64,000 nt of DNA from Polymyxa betae A26-41 (lineage: Eukaryota; Protista; Endomyxa: Phytomyxea), in NCBI GenBank assembly GCA_003693705.1, contig RBZT01000435.1:186001-250000 (forward strand), written 5' to 3'. Positions 47,790 through 60,020 of this stretch are shown here, in pieces. The position numbers and the translations under genes are program-made. The notes under the pieces were generated by a model, which was given only the letters and a program-made list of their open reading frames with translations, was not told the DNA's origin and made no database searches. Each line of letters begins with the position of its first letter. Position 1 is the stretch's first letter.

Positions 47790-49248
47790 TGTTGAAGGCT
47801 TACCTATTGAAAATTGTTTTCTTTCTCGAGTGAATTCGACTCTGAGACGCCTTCTGCAATTTTAGTCCGTTGCTTGACCCTCCTGTGGATGATCATGACC
47901 CGGAATCGGAACCCAAGTTTTTTACCACTTCTCGCTAGAAACTCTACTGTCATCATAACTGTAACAAATAGCTTATCGAATAAAGCTTGCAACAGGAATG
48001 AAAGGCCTTCAGTTCGTTCAACGCCGTTCTTCTGATCCTGTTCACTGTATTTGTTTTTTCAAGGCTCTTGCATAAATTTTTTAGGAAATTGCAATGTTTT
48101 AATCAGATGAAAGAAATCGAAGAGAACATTAAGCGGGTCGATTCTTTGCAGACTGAGAGCAGGCAGCTCAAAATGCGTCTCAATAATGTGCAAGGATTGG
48201 ATTTGTCTAGTTCGCTGATCTTTGTCATCAGGCGGCTCTCTTTCCCTACAGCAAGCAATAAAATGAAATGTACAGTCTAATGGTCGTCTGGAAAACAATG
48301 TACTGCAGTTATCATTATTGCTGAAGGCGCCTTTGTCAACGCGCCTTGCAGAACATGACTTCGTTTTACTACTGTATCATCAGCAGAACTGGGACCAAAC
48401 CGCATTTGCCTGTTAATACGGAACTATTACCGTATATCCCGGGCAAATAACCACCAGTTACGCACTTTTTTCCATTTTTCTCAGTAACGAAAAAGCTCTA
48501 TAAAAATGTTTTTATATCAGCATGTGTAAAATCCAGCAATCTTTCTAGGTAGTACCGTATGTATGAGGATTGAGGAGTACAAAAATTTGGCGAAGTTCAT
48601 TTTTCGTCTCCAGAAATTGCATTCGAAAGAAAGTGCGTGGATCTCTTTTCGCAATAAAAGACATGTTAAATGCTGATATAATTGGTATGGGTTCCTTATC
48701 TTACATCAGTTAGGCATTGATGTGAATCCCGAATTTGCCTTGCCTGGAAAATCTGATTTCAATGTTGTTTTCAAATCTGATAAGTTTGTCGATCACGTTT
48801 TTGAAACCGCTCCTTATCTAAACTCAACATTGCTTTTTGTGATATTCGTACACTTTTGGGAGAACGTGTTCAGGAATGCATTCGTAATCTTGCACCCGAC
48901 TCTTTTATTTGTGATCTTCGTATTGGAGTTTATTACCATCTTTCGTATTCTTTATGCTCGGACCCACCTGTCAAAGTTACACTGATTTTGAACCAATTTC
49001 CAAGTGTTGCTCCTATGCTAGCCAATTTTCGTTATTATAATATGGCTTCTGTTGTCAGGTCCTTTATGCGACTTTGTCAATATTTACCTCCGATCGGACC
49101 TGATCAACTCCGTTGTTCGGAAACTCTGGGAATGGATTTCACGACTCGACAAATCTTGCTGGAAAAGCATGAGATTCCTGAAAAGGAGGCATCACCCATT
49201 GCTTTGATGGACTTACTTCCGTGCCCTACCCTTTACTTAATTTATTAA
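47790..49248 (+). CDS. Probable multi-exon gene of unknown function
   Basis: Several short plus-strand ORFs bounded by GT/AG, including the coiled stretch KEIEENIKRVDSLQTESRQLKMRL. The structure is not resolved. Confidence 0.35.
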
Positions 49249-49280
49249 ATGATGATGTAGAAAGTCTTCCACTACTAAAG

Positions 49281-51527
49281 TCAATATCGTACAATTGGGC
49301 GTTGGAATGATATATCTAGAACAAAAATCCTCCTGGTCAATTTCTGGCTGGGATCGGTAACAGGTGATTATTACCGAATTCGAACACTCTCAATGTTCGA
49401 TGGACGACCTTGCCCCTTTCTACTCGTTCTGCAACCAACTGCGAAACATTGTTTTATAAATATCGTCAAATGCAACAAATGCTTCCTACCCTTTTCTGGA
49501 CATCGACAACAGCTAAATATCCGCGCTCAGAAAATAAATCTGCTGTGGTTTGAGCATGTAGTGATCACAAGTTTAAAACACTTTTACCTAAACAGATATC
49601 CAGCGCCAACGGCTCCAGAAAGATCGGATTTTCGGTTCGGATAATGGCGCGCCCGAGTAAGGCTTGTCGCTTAATAATGCCCATGAACTCTTGCTCCATC
49701 GTCTGAATGACCCGCGTGAACAGATCTTTATGTGCGAAGACGTAATTCTCCAATCTGCACCAATAGGTTATCGGTTGAACTCTGGTAATAGCAAACTTTA
49801 CCTTTGAATGAGGTGGTGACGGGCATTAACCGTCATCTCTCTCGGCAGTGGGATTCGTCGCACCAACTGGAACGCATCATCCGAGAGTTCCATTCTGCTC
49901 TGATACTCCAGCTCTTTCTGAATGCGTTCTTGAACGTGCTCGATCGGTCCATCCTGCAAGCATTTAAGAGCGCCGAGTCAGGACAATATTATAAACGACT
50001 GACACTGGACACAATTTGTTAATGCGAAACCAAGTCTCTGGATCAAGTCATTACCTATCGATAAAGTGAAAATGAAACTTATCTTTCACCGCCTGTAAGG
50101 AGTTATAAACATCTACAACAGCAATCAGCACATCCAATCGGTTCGAATCCCTTAAAGAACCCACGTTCTTTGAACTCCTTGTACCGGTTTCTGGCCAGTT
50201 CGGGATCAATATCTGTCATCGACTTTCTCAAGTTGCTCTATAGCAGCCACAAATTTCTGTTTACCTGTGGGCCGAATCAGCATAGGGTCGCCGACACCGG
50301 TTGTCTGAACACTGTTTGCAAGTGAATCGTTGGTACCAAGCAGAGCAAATGGGCGTACAGCCGGTTTTGTACAGCAACCTGCCGGCCTCGTTTCAGCTGC
50401 CGCTCGATGCTAACATCTTCTTCCACTAACAGAACCTGCGGAGCGTTTCACTTCAACGCCCTTCAGCAGTGAGCAGTTTCCGGAAACCCACCATGATGTG
50501 GAAAATCGGCCTCGGGTATTTATGGAGATCAGGGATGTCTTCGAATTTACGACCAAGTTCCTGAAGAGCGCCATTGTTATCAGAAAACAAATTCAAAGTA
50601 ACAAAAAAAGCACAGCCAACCCTCATTTTATCGAACAGGAACTTCATGCATTCGGCTTGAACTCGTGTCCTGCAGAGTCATTCAGCCGATACAGACATGA
50701 TCGGCAAGGGAAGATACAGGCCTGGGATAACCGTCGATCAAGACGCCCGACGCATATTGCGGCTGGAGCAGGCGTTCGAGCAGAAGCTGGATGACGACAC
50801 GATCGGAGACGAGTTTACCGCTCGATTTGATGGCCTGTTCAAGAGCGTCCGATTAGAACGCGGTCGGATCGATAACTCGCTGCCTGACCTCGACTGCGGC
50901 GCCTTTTAGCAGATCGCTGATGACGATCGTGTCGGAAGTGATGCCACGAAGACGTTTGATGAACAGCGAGGCGAGGCTCTTGCCGGCGCCAGGCGCCCTA
51001 CAGCATAATATCAGACACCATCGCACAGGTAAGAACCGAAATGATTGAAACAATCAATATGGGACTCTCACAGCCCAATCGCAAGATTCGGACCAGCAGC
51101 AGAGGCAGTTGAAAAGCAAATCCGACCCTGAAAGCCACATGATGTCTCTAGGGAATGTCTGGAATCTGACTGAATCCTGGAAGCAAAGCTACAGATATCA
51201 TGATTACCAAGTTCTCCTCGCCATATTTCACTTTGAGATTATTCCTGCGGATTCGAATATCACAGGCTGCAAAAGCATCGACGATCGGCTGGCTTACCAT
51301 ACAATGCCGAATATCAGAGCAGCGTCTTTCACCTCGAGATTATTCATCTCGACGGTGGGGTCGTTGTTGTTCGGCGGCGGTCGACGACTGCCATCACCTG
51401 GGCAGGGAGGTGACGACGAAGACGCTCTGATCAGAATCGGCGATCGCAACAGTAGCGATGCTGTTGAAGTCCAAGGCCTCGATGACGACTGGCGCCACGC
51501 CCGACATAGAATCGATCGAAGTCGCAT
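49281..51527 (-). CDS. Adenylate kinase-like protein with C-terminal extension and likely mitochondrial presequence (>10 exons)
   Basis: LEVKDAALIFGIVW, FPRDIMWL, GAPGAGKS, IVISDLL, GKLVSDRVV, LIDGYPRTRVQAEC, SIERQLKRG, RPTDIDPELARNRY, FHFHFID, ELEYQSRMEL, DLFSERGY. Confidence 0.88.
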
Positions 51528-51876
51528 AAATACAAAGTGAGCGGAAATATGTTCTGAGTGGGCAGGTCTCTTTGGGTCTAACAGCCTCACAAAAACTTAT
51601 GGACGATCACACTTCCTCTATATTACGTTGATATCACATAGAATCTTTGACACAATTCATGGAGAAAAAGAAGCTCTGAACACACCACCCCAACGTTCGT
51701 TGTTACAAAGTAAACTGTATAATCAGTTACAAGAAATCCCTACCAAATATTCTGGCAGAGTGAATCTGAATTCGAAAAAAAGCAATGTCAAAGCCAGTTT
51801 CATAAAAAATCTTCCTAAAGCAGCTCTTAACAGGCAGCCTTCGAAAAACAGTTCGCCCTGCGCATTCCGAACGACG

Positions 51877-52287
51877 ATGGATGCCAACTATGACGCCATC
51901 GTCTGTGCCGCCGCCCTGAACATGGCCCTGCTCCGGCAGCGCTCGGCCCGGGTCCTGCAGGCCCACCTGCAACTGCTGAAGCGCCAGGCCGAGGACGAAC
52001 GTGCCGGCCCGACGCCGGCATTCGGATCGAGGTATGTGGAGAGCGCCCGCGAGCCCGCCTTCGATTTCATTCGCTGCGCGTCGCCCAACTGCAAGGGAAT
52101 GACAACGGTGCCGGCCGGGCAGGACGCCACCGGCGCTCTCTGCGCCCGCTGCAGCGACCAGACCCTGAAGGAGAGCGGCAAGCAGAAGCGCCTGATGCGG
52201 CCTCACTTCAAGATGGCGGCCCAGATCGTCAGTCGCATCACAAGCGAAGAACTCGAACAGCTCGAGAAGCAGATGAGCCCGTGGTGA
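51877..52287 (+). CDS. Small GC-rich intronless protein with C4 zinc motif
   Basis: MDANYDAIV start; CASPNCKG..LCARC; strong GC3 bias. Confidence 0.7.
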   Translation: MDANYDAIVCAAALNMALLRQRSARVLQAHLQLLKRQAEDERAGPTPAFGSRYVESAREPAFDFIRCASPNCKGMTTVPAGQDATGALCARCSDQTLKESGKQKRLMRPHFKMAAQIVSRITSEELEQLEKQMSPW

Positions 52288-52360
52288 GATCCAACAAAAC
52301 AAATGTATAATTATTTAATATTACGTGAAAAAAATCTGTTCGAAAGGCGTACTGTACGAA

Positions 52361-53452
52361 ATGTTGCAGAATGAGACGTTGAGGATCGAAGGCGACGGCA
52401 ACCTGAAAGAGAAAGCGGCAAACTTGAAGGCGTTCGTCGATTCGAATGACGACCCAGCGCATAGCGCTAACTTGAAATCGCTTCATGACGATCGCATCGA
52501 GGCGATCGTCGACCTTCTCGATCAAATCTGCGTTCAGCGTCAGTACATGGACTGCCATGAGTTCCTGCTCCTGCTTCTGAACGCCCTGAAGATCATGTGC
52601 CGGAAGGTGCTGCGTCGTAATCAATCAAGCGGATTGTAATCGATGCCTGTAGGAATGCAATCGCTCCATATTAAGTTCACGAGTGCTTAACCTTATTCTA
52701 AACCTAATTGACGATCATACAGCCGACGACGAAATTTTAAGGCAATGCGCGAATGGTAATTAATCGAGATCTGTTAACGAAATACTCATTTAAGACAGTG
52801 CTTCTGAACGCCTGCCATAGCGAGGCCTTCGTTCAGCGTCTAATCGAGGCGAAGCGAACGACCACCCTGATTCGTCTACTCGGTAAAGCTTGCAAGCGAC
52901 TTGTTATCTTGCTGAAGGTTGGCAGAATCGAAGAACGATTGCATTGCGTACGCTGCAGCGGGAGCTATGAAGAACATCACGTACCATGAAGGTGGTCCAA
53001 GAATCGCCCTACCAGCGATCGCTGCCATTGTCGCGCTTCTCGGCCCCGATCGTCCTCGGAACGCCAGGGGGAGGGCGATCGGAATCGTCCACAACATTAC
53101 GATCGATGCGGAAGCCACGCGTCTCGTCCAGCGCCATCATGCATTGCCGCTAATCGTCGAACTACTCAAAGCCGAGTACGATCTCGACACGAGGGCGTCA
53201 GCAGCCGGCGCCATACAGAATGTGGCCAATGATACGAGCACCAGATGGATCATTAACGATCTTGGCGCTATCGATCTGTTGAGCGAGCTGGTTGTATCAG
53301 CACATCCGGTAGCGCAAGCGAACGCTATCGGTGCTCTATGGAATCTCGTCCAGCCGAATCTCGCAGAAGGCGTCATCGACGCCCAAGTCTACAAATCGGC
53401 GCTATCAGGCAGCATCGCTGCCGCCATCATGCTCAACCTCGACGCAGAATAA
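52361..53452 (+). CDS. Armadillo-repeat protein (multi-exon)
   Basis: LLNALKIMCRK, YAAAGAMKNIT, AIGIVHNIT, SAAGAIQNVA, NAIGALWNL. Confidence 0.8.
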
Positions 53453-53512
53453 AGCTTAATTGAGGAACTGGATGAAATTTATTGTTGTGACGGCGACACT
53501 GGACGTGATAAA

Positions 53513-53786
53513 TTAACGGAACTAAACAGAGAAACATCAGCAATCAAAATTCAGGAATGCAAAGGGCATGCTGGACCTTCTGGAAGCCAATATCCTTGGC
53601 GTATTCACGGAAGCAGCGACGGCAGATGTTCAGGCCATACTTTCGGATGATACCTTGGTGGTTAGCGCAGACACGGCTGAGACGAGATTGGTGAGCGTTG
53701 TTAGCGAGATCAACGACGAGGGATTACCAGCGGCGCATGCCCTTGCCGGAGTGCATTGGGTGAGCGTTCCATGTGGCCTGAACCAT
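53513..53786 (-). CDS. RPS29: 40S ribosomal protein uS14/S29 (2 introns)
   Basis: [19 protein letters not shown]|[34 protein letters not shown]|FR*. Confidence 0.95.
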
Positions 53787-54113
53787 GGTCGAAGCGGATC
53801 AGCAAAGGTCTTGAACACAATCGTCCTGACGTTGTCAAGTCCGTGACGGTATTTCACAGCTCCGACCGATTCGCACTTTATAGCGCCGCCGCATATATCT
53901 TGATCGAATTCTGCCTTTTGCCTAATGACGATTGCTCAACGACGAATCTATCTTACTCAAAGTGATAAAACCGCTTTCAATGAAATTCTTGAAGTTGAAC
54001 TCGTTTGAATAGATGAAAACTGCAAACAGCGATCGGATTGTGAATTTAAGCGTTTTCATTCGTTCCTGATCTTTATGTCGCGTTGAATTCATATGTTTTG
54101 AGTTAAGGAGAAC

Positions 54114-54353
54114 ATGCTCGGGAGGATCTTGCCGAAGAGCAGGCGTCGTTATTTGGAATCGCAAGCCGAGCATCCGGATGCGCTGCAAGAATTCGTCAAT
54201 GTGACAAAAGAGCGGTTCCAGTATCAGATCAATCGCGATAAAGCCATCGTTCGTGGCATGGTTGTGTATTGCGCCACCATGGCATTCGCCGCCGGTGTTC
54301 TTATATTCAATGACGCCAAAACGAGGATGAACCGAGGGTCACAACGCTGGTGA
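54114..54353 (+). CDS. 79-aa single-TM protein, possibly mitochondrial
   Basis: Basic N-terminus MLGRILPKSRRR and one hydrophobic helix; only weak resemblance to small complex I accessory subunits. Confidence 0.55.
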   Translation: MLGRILPKSRRRYLESQAEHPDALQEFVNVTKERFQYQINRDKAIVRGMVVYCATMAFAAGVLIFNDAKTRMNRGSQRW

Positions 54354-54395
54354 CCAGAAGACCATTAAACGCCGACGATCGTTGCCTAATAGAAT

Positions 54396-55186
54396 TCAAA
54401 AATATCGTGTTCGCTTTCCGCTTTGTCGTTGTTGAAATTTTGTCACTCGCAACGATTTCTCTTCGAGATGTTCGTTTAGGCTGGGCTGCCCATCGAAGTC
54501 GTTGCGATCGACTTCAAGGCCGGGCGCCGAGTTCAAACTGTCCAGAAAACTTTGCAAAATCAGAGTAGCGGCGTTGGCATCCAATGCGGGATCGCCCTCT
54601 CGAATCGCTTTCCCTAGCATAAATCGATTCGAATATGCAGTAGCTGACCTAACATGATAACTGAACGCTGAGTCTGACGATGACATAAAACCAACGTAAA
54701 TCGCTCATCCCAGAATACAGGAGCTGGTTGATGCCACTTTCCAGGATTCCATGATAGCAGGCCGGCTGTAAACTGTTTAACGGCCCTACAGCTGGAACCT
54801 TCTGATCCATTAGGTTCATAAGGATATCTATTTCGAAGGTTATGCAACGGATCGGTTCAAGCAAAATTAGCATACCCGACGATGAGAAAATCAGGGCGCC
54901 GCGTCTGACACATCTGGCTGATTGTAGCATAGACGCCGGCATGTTCAAGCACATTGATGCGATTACCAGAGACCCAATGACGAGTTCGGGCATCACCCGG
55001 GCGGGTGTATGTAGCAGATCCCAGCGACGACGCCAACAGGAGATCGTTGTCGGCCCAGGAGAAGCCGATTCTGCGCATGCCGACATCCACGCCGAGCAGA
55101 CGAATCCAGCGCTTTCCAGCCAGGCGCTGCCTCACAGCTCGAACTAGCTGGACAGATCGGTGGCCGACTACTATTGTGTCCTTCAT
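54396..55186 (-). CDS. YqgF/RuvX-like nuclease (pre-16S rRNA nuclease family), with introns
   Basis: RLLGVDVGMRRIGFS.AD, FLIVG|YP, VFWDERFT, DANAATLILQSFLD. Confidence 0.88.
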
Positions 55187-57621
55187 TGTGGCGCTGCGCG
55201 GCGGATCTAAAAATCTGTTCCACGAAGCAAGAGGATTCCCTGATTGTTCAGATTTACGGACTATGACGTTTAAGCTCTTTTTCTTTCCTGAATCGCTTTG
55301 GATCTGTGCATTGCGACCGTCTGATAGTGAGGGGATATAGTCGGGCAACAGGTTGACTTAGCAAGTTTGGCGTATAAGCGGCAAGTGTCGCTGTGAGATT
55401 GCGCTCCAAACTATGAACAGATAGAGTGGGCTGTGTTCATACACAGTTCAAAGCAATCTTCAAAATTGCTTTCTAAAGAAGCGTGAAGGAGTATCGCCGA
55501 ACTTTCAACAAAAGCGCCATTATTTTCGCAAGCACTCTACACAATGGTCCCATTTCTACAATCTTGGACACTAGTTATCAAAATGATAGTCATTGCCTGT
55601 CATCTACGACCTGCAAGTTCGGCTTTGGGCCTTGTCGCTCAAAGCTGGCAGAGGGTTATGTGGAAATGGCGTCTCTAGCTTCATCACAAACTGTTTGATT
55701 AGGATCTGATCCGAGACAGTCTCCTTCAGTCACCTGTTATCGCATCAGTTGTATCGTAGAGATCGTTGCCACTCCCAATGAGTGGGTCATGAATATTGGC
55801 TCGTCTGTGAGGCGTCTCTGTTGCATGGAGAGCGACGTGAGCTAGAGGGTCCCAGGTCGAAGCCAGGGTGACTGCAAGAGGCTCCATCCTTCAAATACTT
55901 CATCATTATGCGATCTGATTGATTGCTATTACATCAACCTGGATCTGCCCAGCCTGCTTTGTAGCCATGCTTTCATGAATCCTCACTGTCGCTGAGTTAC
56001 CAGACGATATATTACTGGAGGAATCAACGATGTGATACAATACATTTTTGAGAATTGCTGATGGTCGATGGCTCAGACGCGATGGAGGTCGTACTAACAT
56101 TAGCGACATCAGGCTCAGTATGAGCGGCAAGAACTCGTAATCGCTGCACACTAGTTTCGAATAGAAATCTTATCGGCTGTGATCAGGAATTATTCTAAGA
56201 TTGAGTTCCCGGAACAAGAGAAAAAAATGCCTTGCAGTATTTGTATCGAGCTGCCCAACCCAAATTCAAAGAGCAGTCTCGCTGTGCACCAATTTGCCAT
56301 TTTGGATGCACTTGGTGAAATCGCTTTGAGAGCCCCCCGTTCCGGTTTATCATTTTAACAATTGTTGCAACAAGACGATCAATGGTCGCCATGACTCCGA
56401 GACTTCTTCCAACAAGGTCAGCATCAAATATCTGGAAAATCAGCATCATTCTCTGACGTGCCCATTTATTGATCTGCATTGAACGATACACGACGCTCTC
56501 CTTGCAAAAAAATTGCAACAAAAGCTAAAGTGTTCCTAGCGCAAAATGAAGTGAATTAGCAATGACAGTAGAGATGATCAAATAATTTAAGTTCGTTTGG
56601 GCCGTCGGAGACAAGGGCCATTCCAAGTGCTGGCACGGCGGCTCCCGCTGGTTAATAACTCCCCATCGTTCGTTGAATGATTGGAATGCTCAGCAATAGT
56701 ATTTTTAGTATTTCAGTCTGGAATTCGTATTAAAGCCACAATTGTTCTGTAGGCTTGTTTTCAACTTCTGTCGCTCACAATATCGGGATTTTCACATCAA
56801 AATCTAACTGCAGTGAGCTCAATTTGGATATCACGATCCAGCAGCGAATTCGACTTGAGTGAATGTTTAGGGTGGGCACTCCTATTAGCGTTAAACCCAT
56901 CACCAGGGAGAGTCGTTCCGAATCAGCATAAGTGGATTTCAAAGATTATCAAGGGGGTCCTTTGACAGGCATGAGTTTGAGATTGATGACATTGTCGGCC
57001 TGTTTAGAAGGATAGAAGGTAACACGATGAAAAATTTCAAAGGAGAGAAAACAAAATCATTACAGGCTTGCTAAATAGACGGGCTGCTGATATCTAAAAT
57101 TGAGAATTCCTTGGTGACCGCCCATTGTCTCATAACGATTGAGATTGGTGAACTGATTGGGATTTTGCTTGAAATCTTCACGATAAAGACATGGACTGGA
57201 AGGGGCGAACGAAAGCCCTGAAGTGGTTGATGGTTGCTTTAACGTTGAAACTGCTACGATGGAAGACTTTGAAGCACTATGAGTCATTCCAGGCGGCAAT
57301 GGTACGACAGCGAGCAACTACCGGTTGTCGAATCCAATCCAATCCACGACAACGAGCAATCCATATGAGCACTTTTATGAGTTGTATAATGAAGGCGTGA
57401 TATAAATGGCAGGGCTTCGCCGCTGGGTTGGGGCGATGGGCGCCCCGCTTCCCCAAAATTTGACTGGATGCGGCGGCAGACGCTGTGATTCTGGATTTTC
57501 TGGTTGATGAATAAGCGACGCTTGGGAGCTCTTGGGGGCCTGGGGCACCCCAGTGCGGCCCCCGTTCATTTAATCGATCGGGTTTCTCAATTATGGGTGA
57601 ATACCGGTGTACCAGAATCTG

Positions 57622-58362
57622 ATGATGCAGCAAGCCTTAGTCCCGATCAACCTACGTTGGTCGCATGCCACCAACACGCTGGCGCTGATCGATTACGCTC
57701 TGGCCGGCGAAGGCGTCCATTTTATTGAGGCTGATGTCTGCTATGACGCCGCTGTTGGGCCTTATATGGCTCATGCTGCCACAGATATCACGACGCTCCT
57801 CGAAAAGCACCAGAATTCGTTCTTGAGTTGGCTAGATTATCTGACGAAGAAACGAACGAGTTTATCACAACCTGGATTGAAGCTTGATTTTAAAATGGCC
57901 GAGGCGGTTCGGCCAAGCATCGATCGTCTTCTCCAAGCTCGGTATCCGGTTTGGTTAAACGCCGATATATTGAAAGGCCCTCGTGGCTTCGATCCGGTCT
58001 TCGATGCCGCCGAGTTCATTCAAGCTGGCCTTCGACACCCAAACGCCACGTTGAGTCTCGGATGGACTACGGGCGTCGTGAAAAGAGGCGCCGATTCTAT
58101 TGGTTATTCGAAAGAGATGATCGACGAGATGCTGAAGTTTTGTGGAGGCTCTTTGCTTGACAAGCCGGTAACATTCCCAGTTCGAGCTTTAGATGCTCTG
58201 AATTCTCAAGATGAACTTCGTAGACTTCTATCTCATGGTAGCAGCTGGTCATTGACCATATGGAATGGTTCTGAGGGTGTGAGTGCCCAAGAGGAGCAAG
58301 AAATTCGCTCCGCTTTTGACTGCAACCGTACTTATATCGATATTGTTAAAAGCTCTAATTAA
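57622..58362 (+). CDS. FAM151B: FAM151B/menorin-family (DUF2181) phosphodiesterase-like protein
   Basis: WSHATNT, IEADV, MAH, GLKLDFK, PVWLNADILKGP, TLSLGWTT, VTFPVRA, SLTIW, YIDI. Confidence 0.92.
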   Translation: MMQQALVPINLRWSHATNTLALIDYALAGEGVHFIEADVCYDAAVGPYMAHAATDITTLLEKHQNSFLSWLDYLTKKRTSLSQPGLKLDFKMAEAVRPSIDRLLQARYPVWLNADILKGPRGFDPVFDAAEFIQAGLRHPNATLSLGWTTGVVKRGADSIGYSKEMIDEMLKFCGGSLLDKPVTFPVRALDALNSQDELRRLLSHGSSWSLTIWNGSEGVSAQEEQEIRSAFDCNRTYIDIVKSSN

Positions 58363-59355
58363 AATGTTATGATTTACAAACGCCACATGATTTTAGAAAG
58401 GAACTCATGATTTGAACACCTTGAAATTGTCCCAAAATAAAAACATAGAACCAGTCTACGTGGCATCTAATTCAGTCAACTGCTGCTATAGCCCAAACAG
58501 CCTCCCCTCAATTGTCGCCTTTGGATTGAAGCTTCTTTACCTTGTCCCGGGGTCCATTAAAATATTGTTGAAATAGCACATTCTCGAATTGAACATAATA
58601 GAACAGCTGCATTTGGTGACCAGAATGCAGGAATCTATAATCGAGGAAAGCCATGTTCATTAACAGTATACGCGACGTCGTAAGAAAAATTAATCCTATC
58701 CGATCCTTAAATTAAAATTTCTGCATCTAATGTCCTATTGAGACGAAATCGCATCATATTATGCTGATCTGGAAACTGTGACAGCTTAGGTATAGGGCAA
58801 TTGGACAGCGTTGCAATCAAAACATTTTGATTGATGGATGTATAGCTGATAACATGCATATTCAAGGTTCAGATAGGTCCTCTGATTTCACGGAGAACTG
58901 TATTGATGTGAAGTTGAAGTCAATTATAATATTACAGTCAAAAGTCAATGATTTATGAGAAAATATTTCGAAGAGTACACGAACAAACGATTACAGCTCA
59001 TCAGAGCGCTAACCTGATAGTGGGCGGCATCGGCTCAGGCGCATTCTCCTAACCACATCGACCTCGACACAATAGAATGTGATGGACCCATAATCCGGAT
59101 CATGGGGCCGATCCGATCGCGAGAAACCCACAAGGCACGCGACCTCAATCACCACGATCGAGATCGCATTGGTGGAGTGCAGTTCAGATTGGATCACTTT
59201 GAGCGAGTACGCGCGGCCTCAGCTGTCTAGTAGTCGCGTGCTTATCATCCCGTGACTCGTGCCCTCTTTGACGTGTTCCAGGTTCTGTGTCGCGCAACTT
59301 AATCGACCGTGCCCATCACTTCGCATTTCGCTCATCTACAGCAAAGCATCGATCA

Positions 59356-59807
59356 ATGGCCACCAACGAAGAGCAAGCGTCAACAAAGACGGGATGGGCG
59401 GCCTGGAACGATCTCGTGATGCGCACTAAGGACATCGCCGCCTCAGGCATTTACACCTTCGACGGTGCCGTCTGTGACCAGATTAACCTGGCTGTCACGC
59501 CTGCGGAGACCAAAGCCATTTACTCCGGCATGTCTGGCTCGGCGACTCCAGCGCTGTCGATTGGCGGAACCAAATATATGCTTCTTCGAAGCGATCCGGA
59601 TTCGCTCCAGGCTCGGGTATGTATCTGCTGTCGAGTTCTGTAAACATAAGAGCTAATTGCTTGACTAAGAATGCTAACGTCCCTATATCTGTTTTCAAGA
59701 CCAAAACTCTGCTTGTCGTCGGTGTCGGTAAACCAGGCTCCTCGGCTGAAGTCCTCTCTGTCGGCGTGTCGAAAGTCGCCGAGATGCTTGTTGGTCAAAA
59801 CCTGTAA
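59356..59807 (+). CDS. Profilin (1 intron)
   Basis: WAAWNDLV, IYTFDG, LSIGGTKYMLLRSD, VFKTKTLLVVG, VSKVAEMLVGQNL. Confidence 0.88.
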
Positions 59808-60020
59808 TTCCACAAAAACTGCCACAAACTATATTGTCTGCCACTAAAAGTCACTCGGATTCTTTTATTAGTTTACTGCTTGTGTTGTGCTATGGCTGTC
59901 ATTAGATTAAGTTAGCTAATATTTATTTGTTTCGATTATACGAAGATTGGCCCGGCTAGGGGATTACTCGGTCCTGTACGACAGGCCTCACATCGATCAT
60001 CTGCCGCCCAACAACCGCGA

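Noticed and set aside
53568-53857. ORFs 53568-53846 (+) and 53630-53857 (-)
   Set aside because: Wrong frame or strand; the real gene is spliced RPS29.
55826-55877. tRNA-like 3' half (ggtcccaggtcgaagccagggtgactgca)
   Set aside because: The T-stem does not pair and there is no matching acceptor or D-arm; no cloverleaf.
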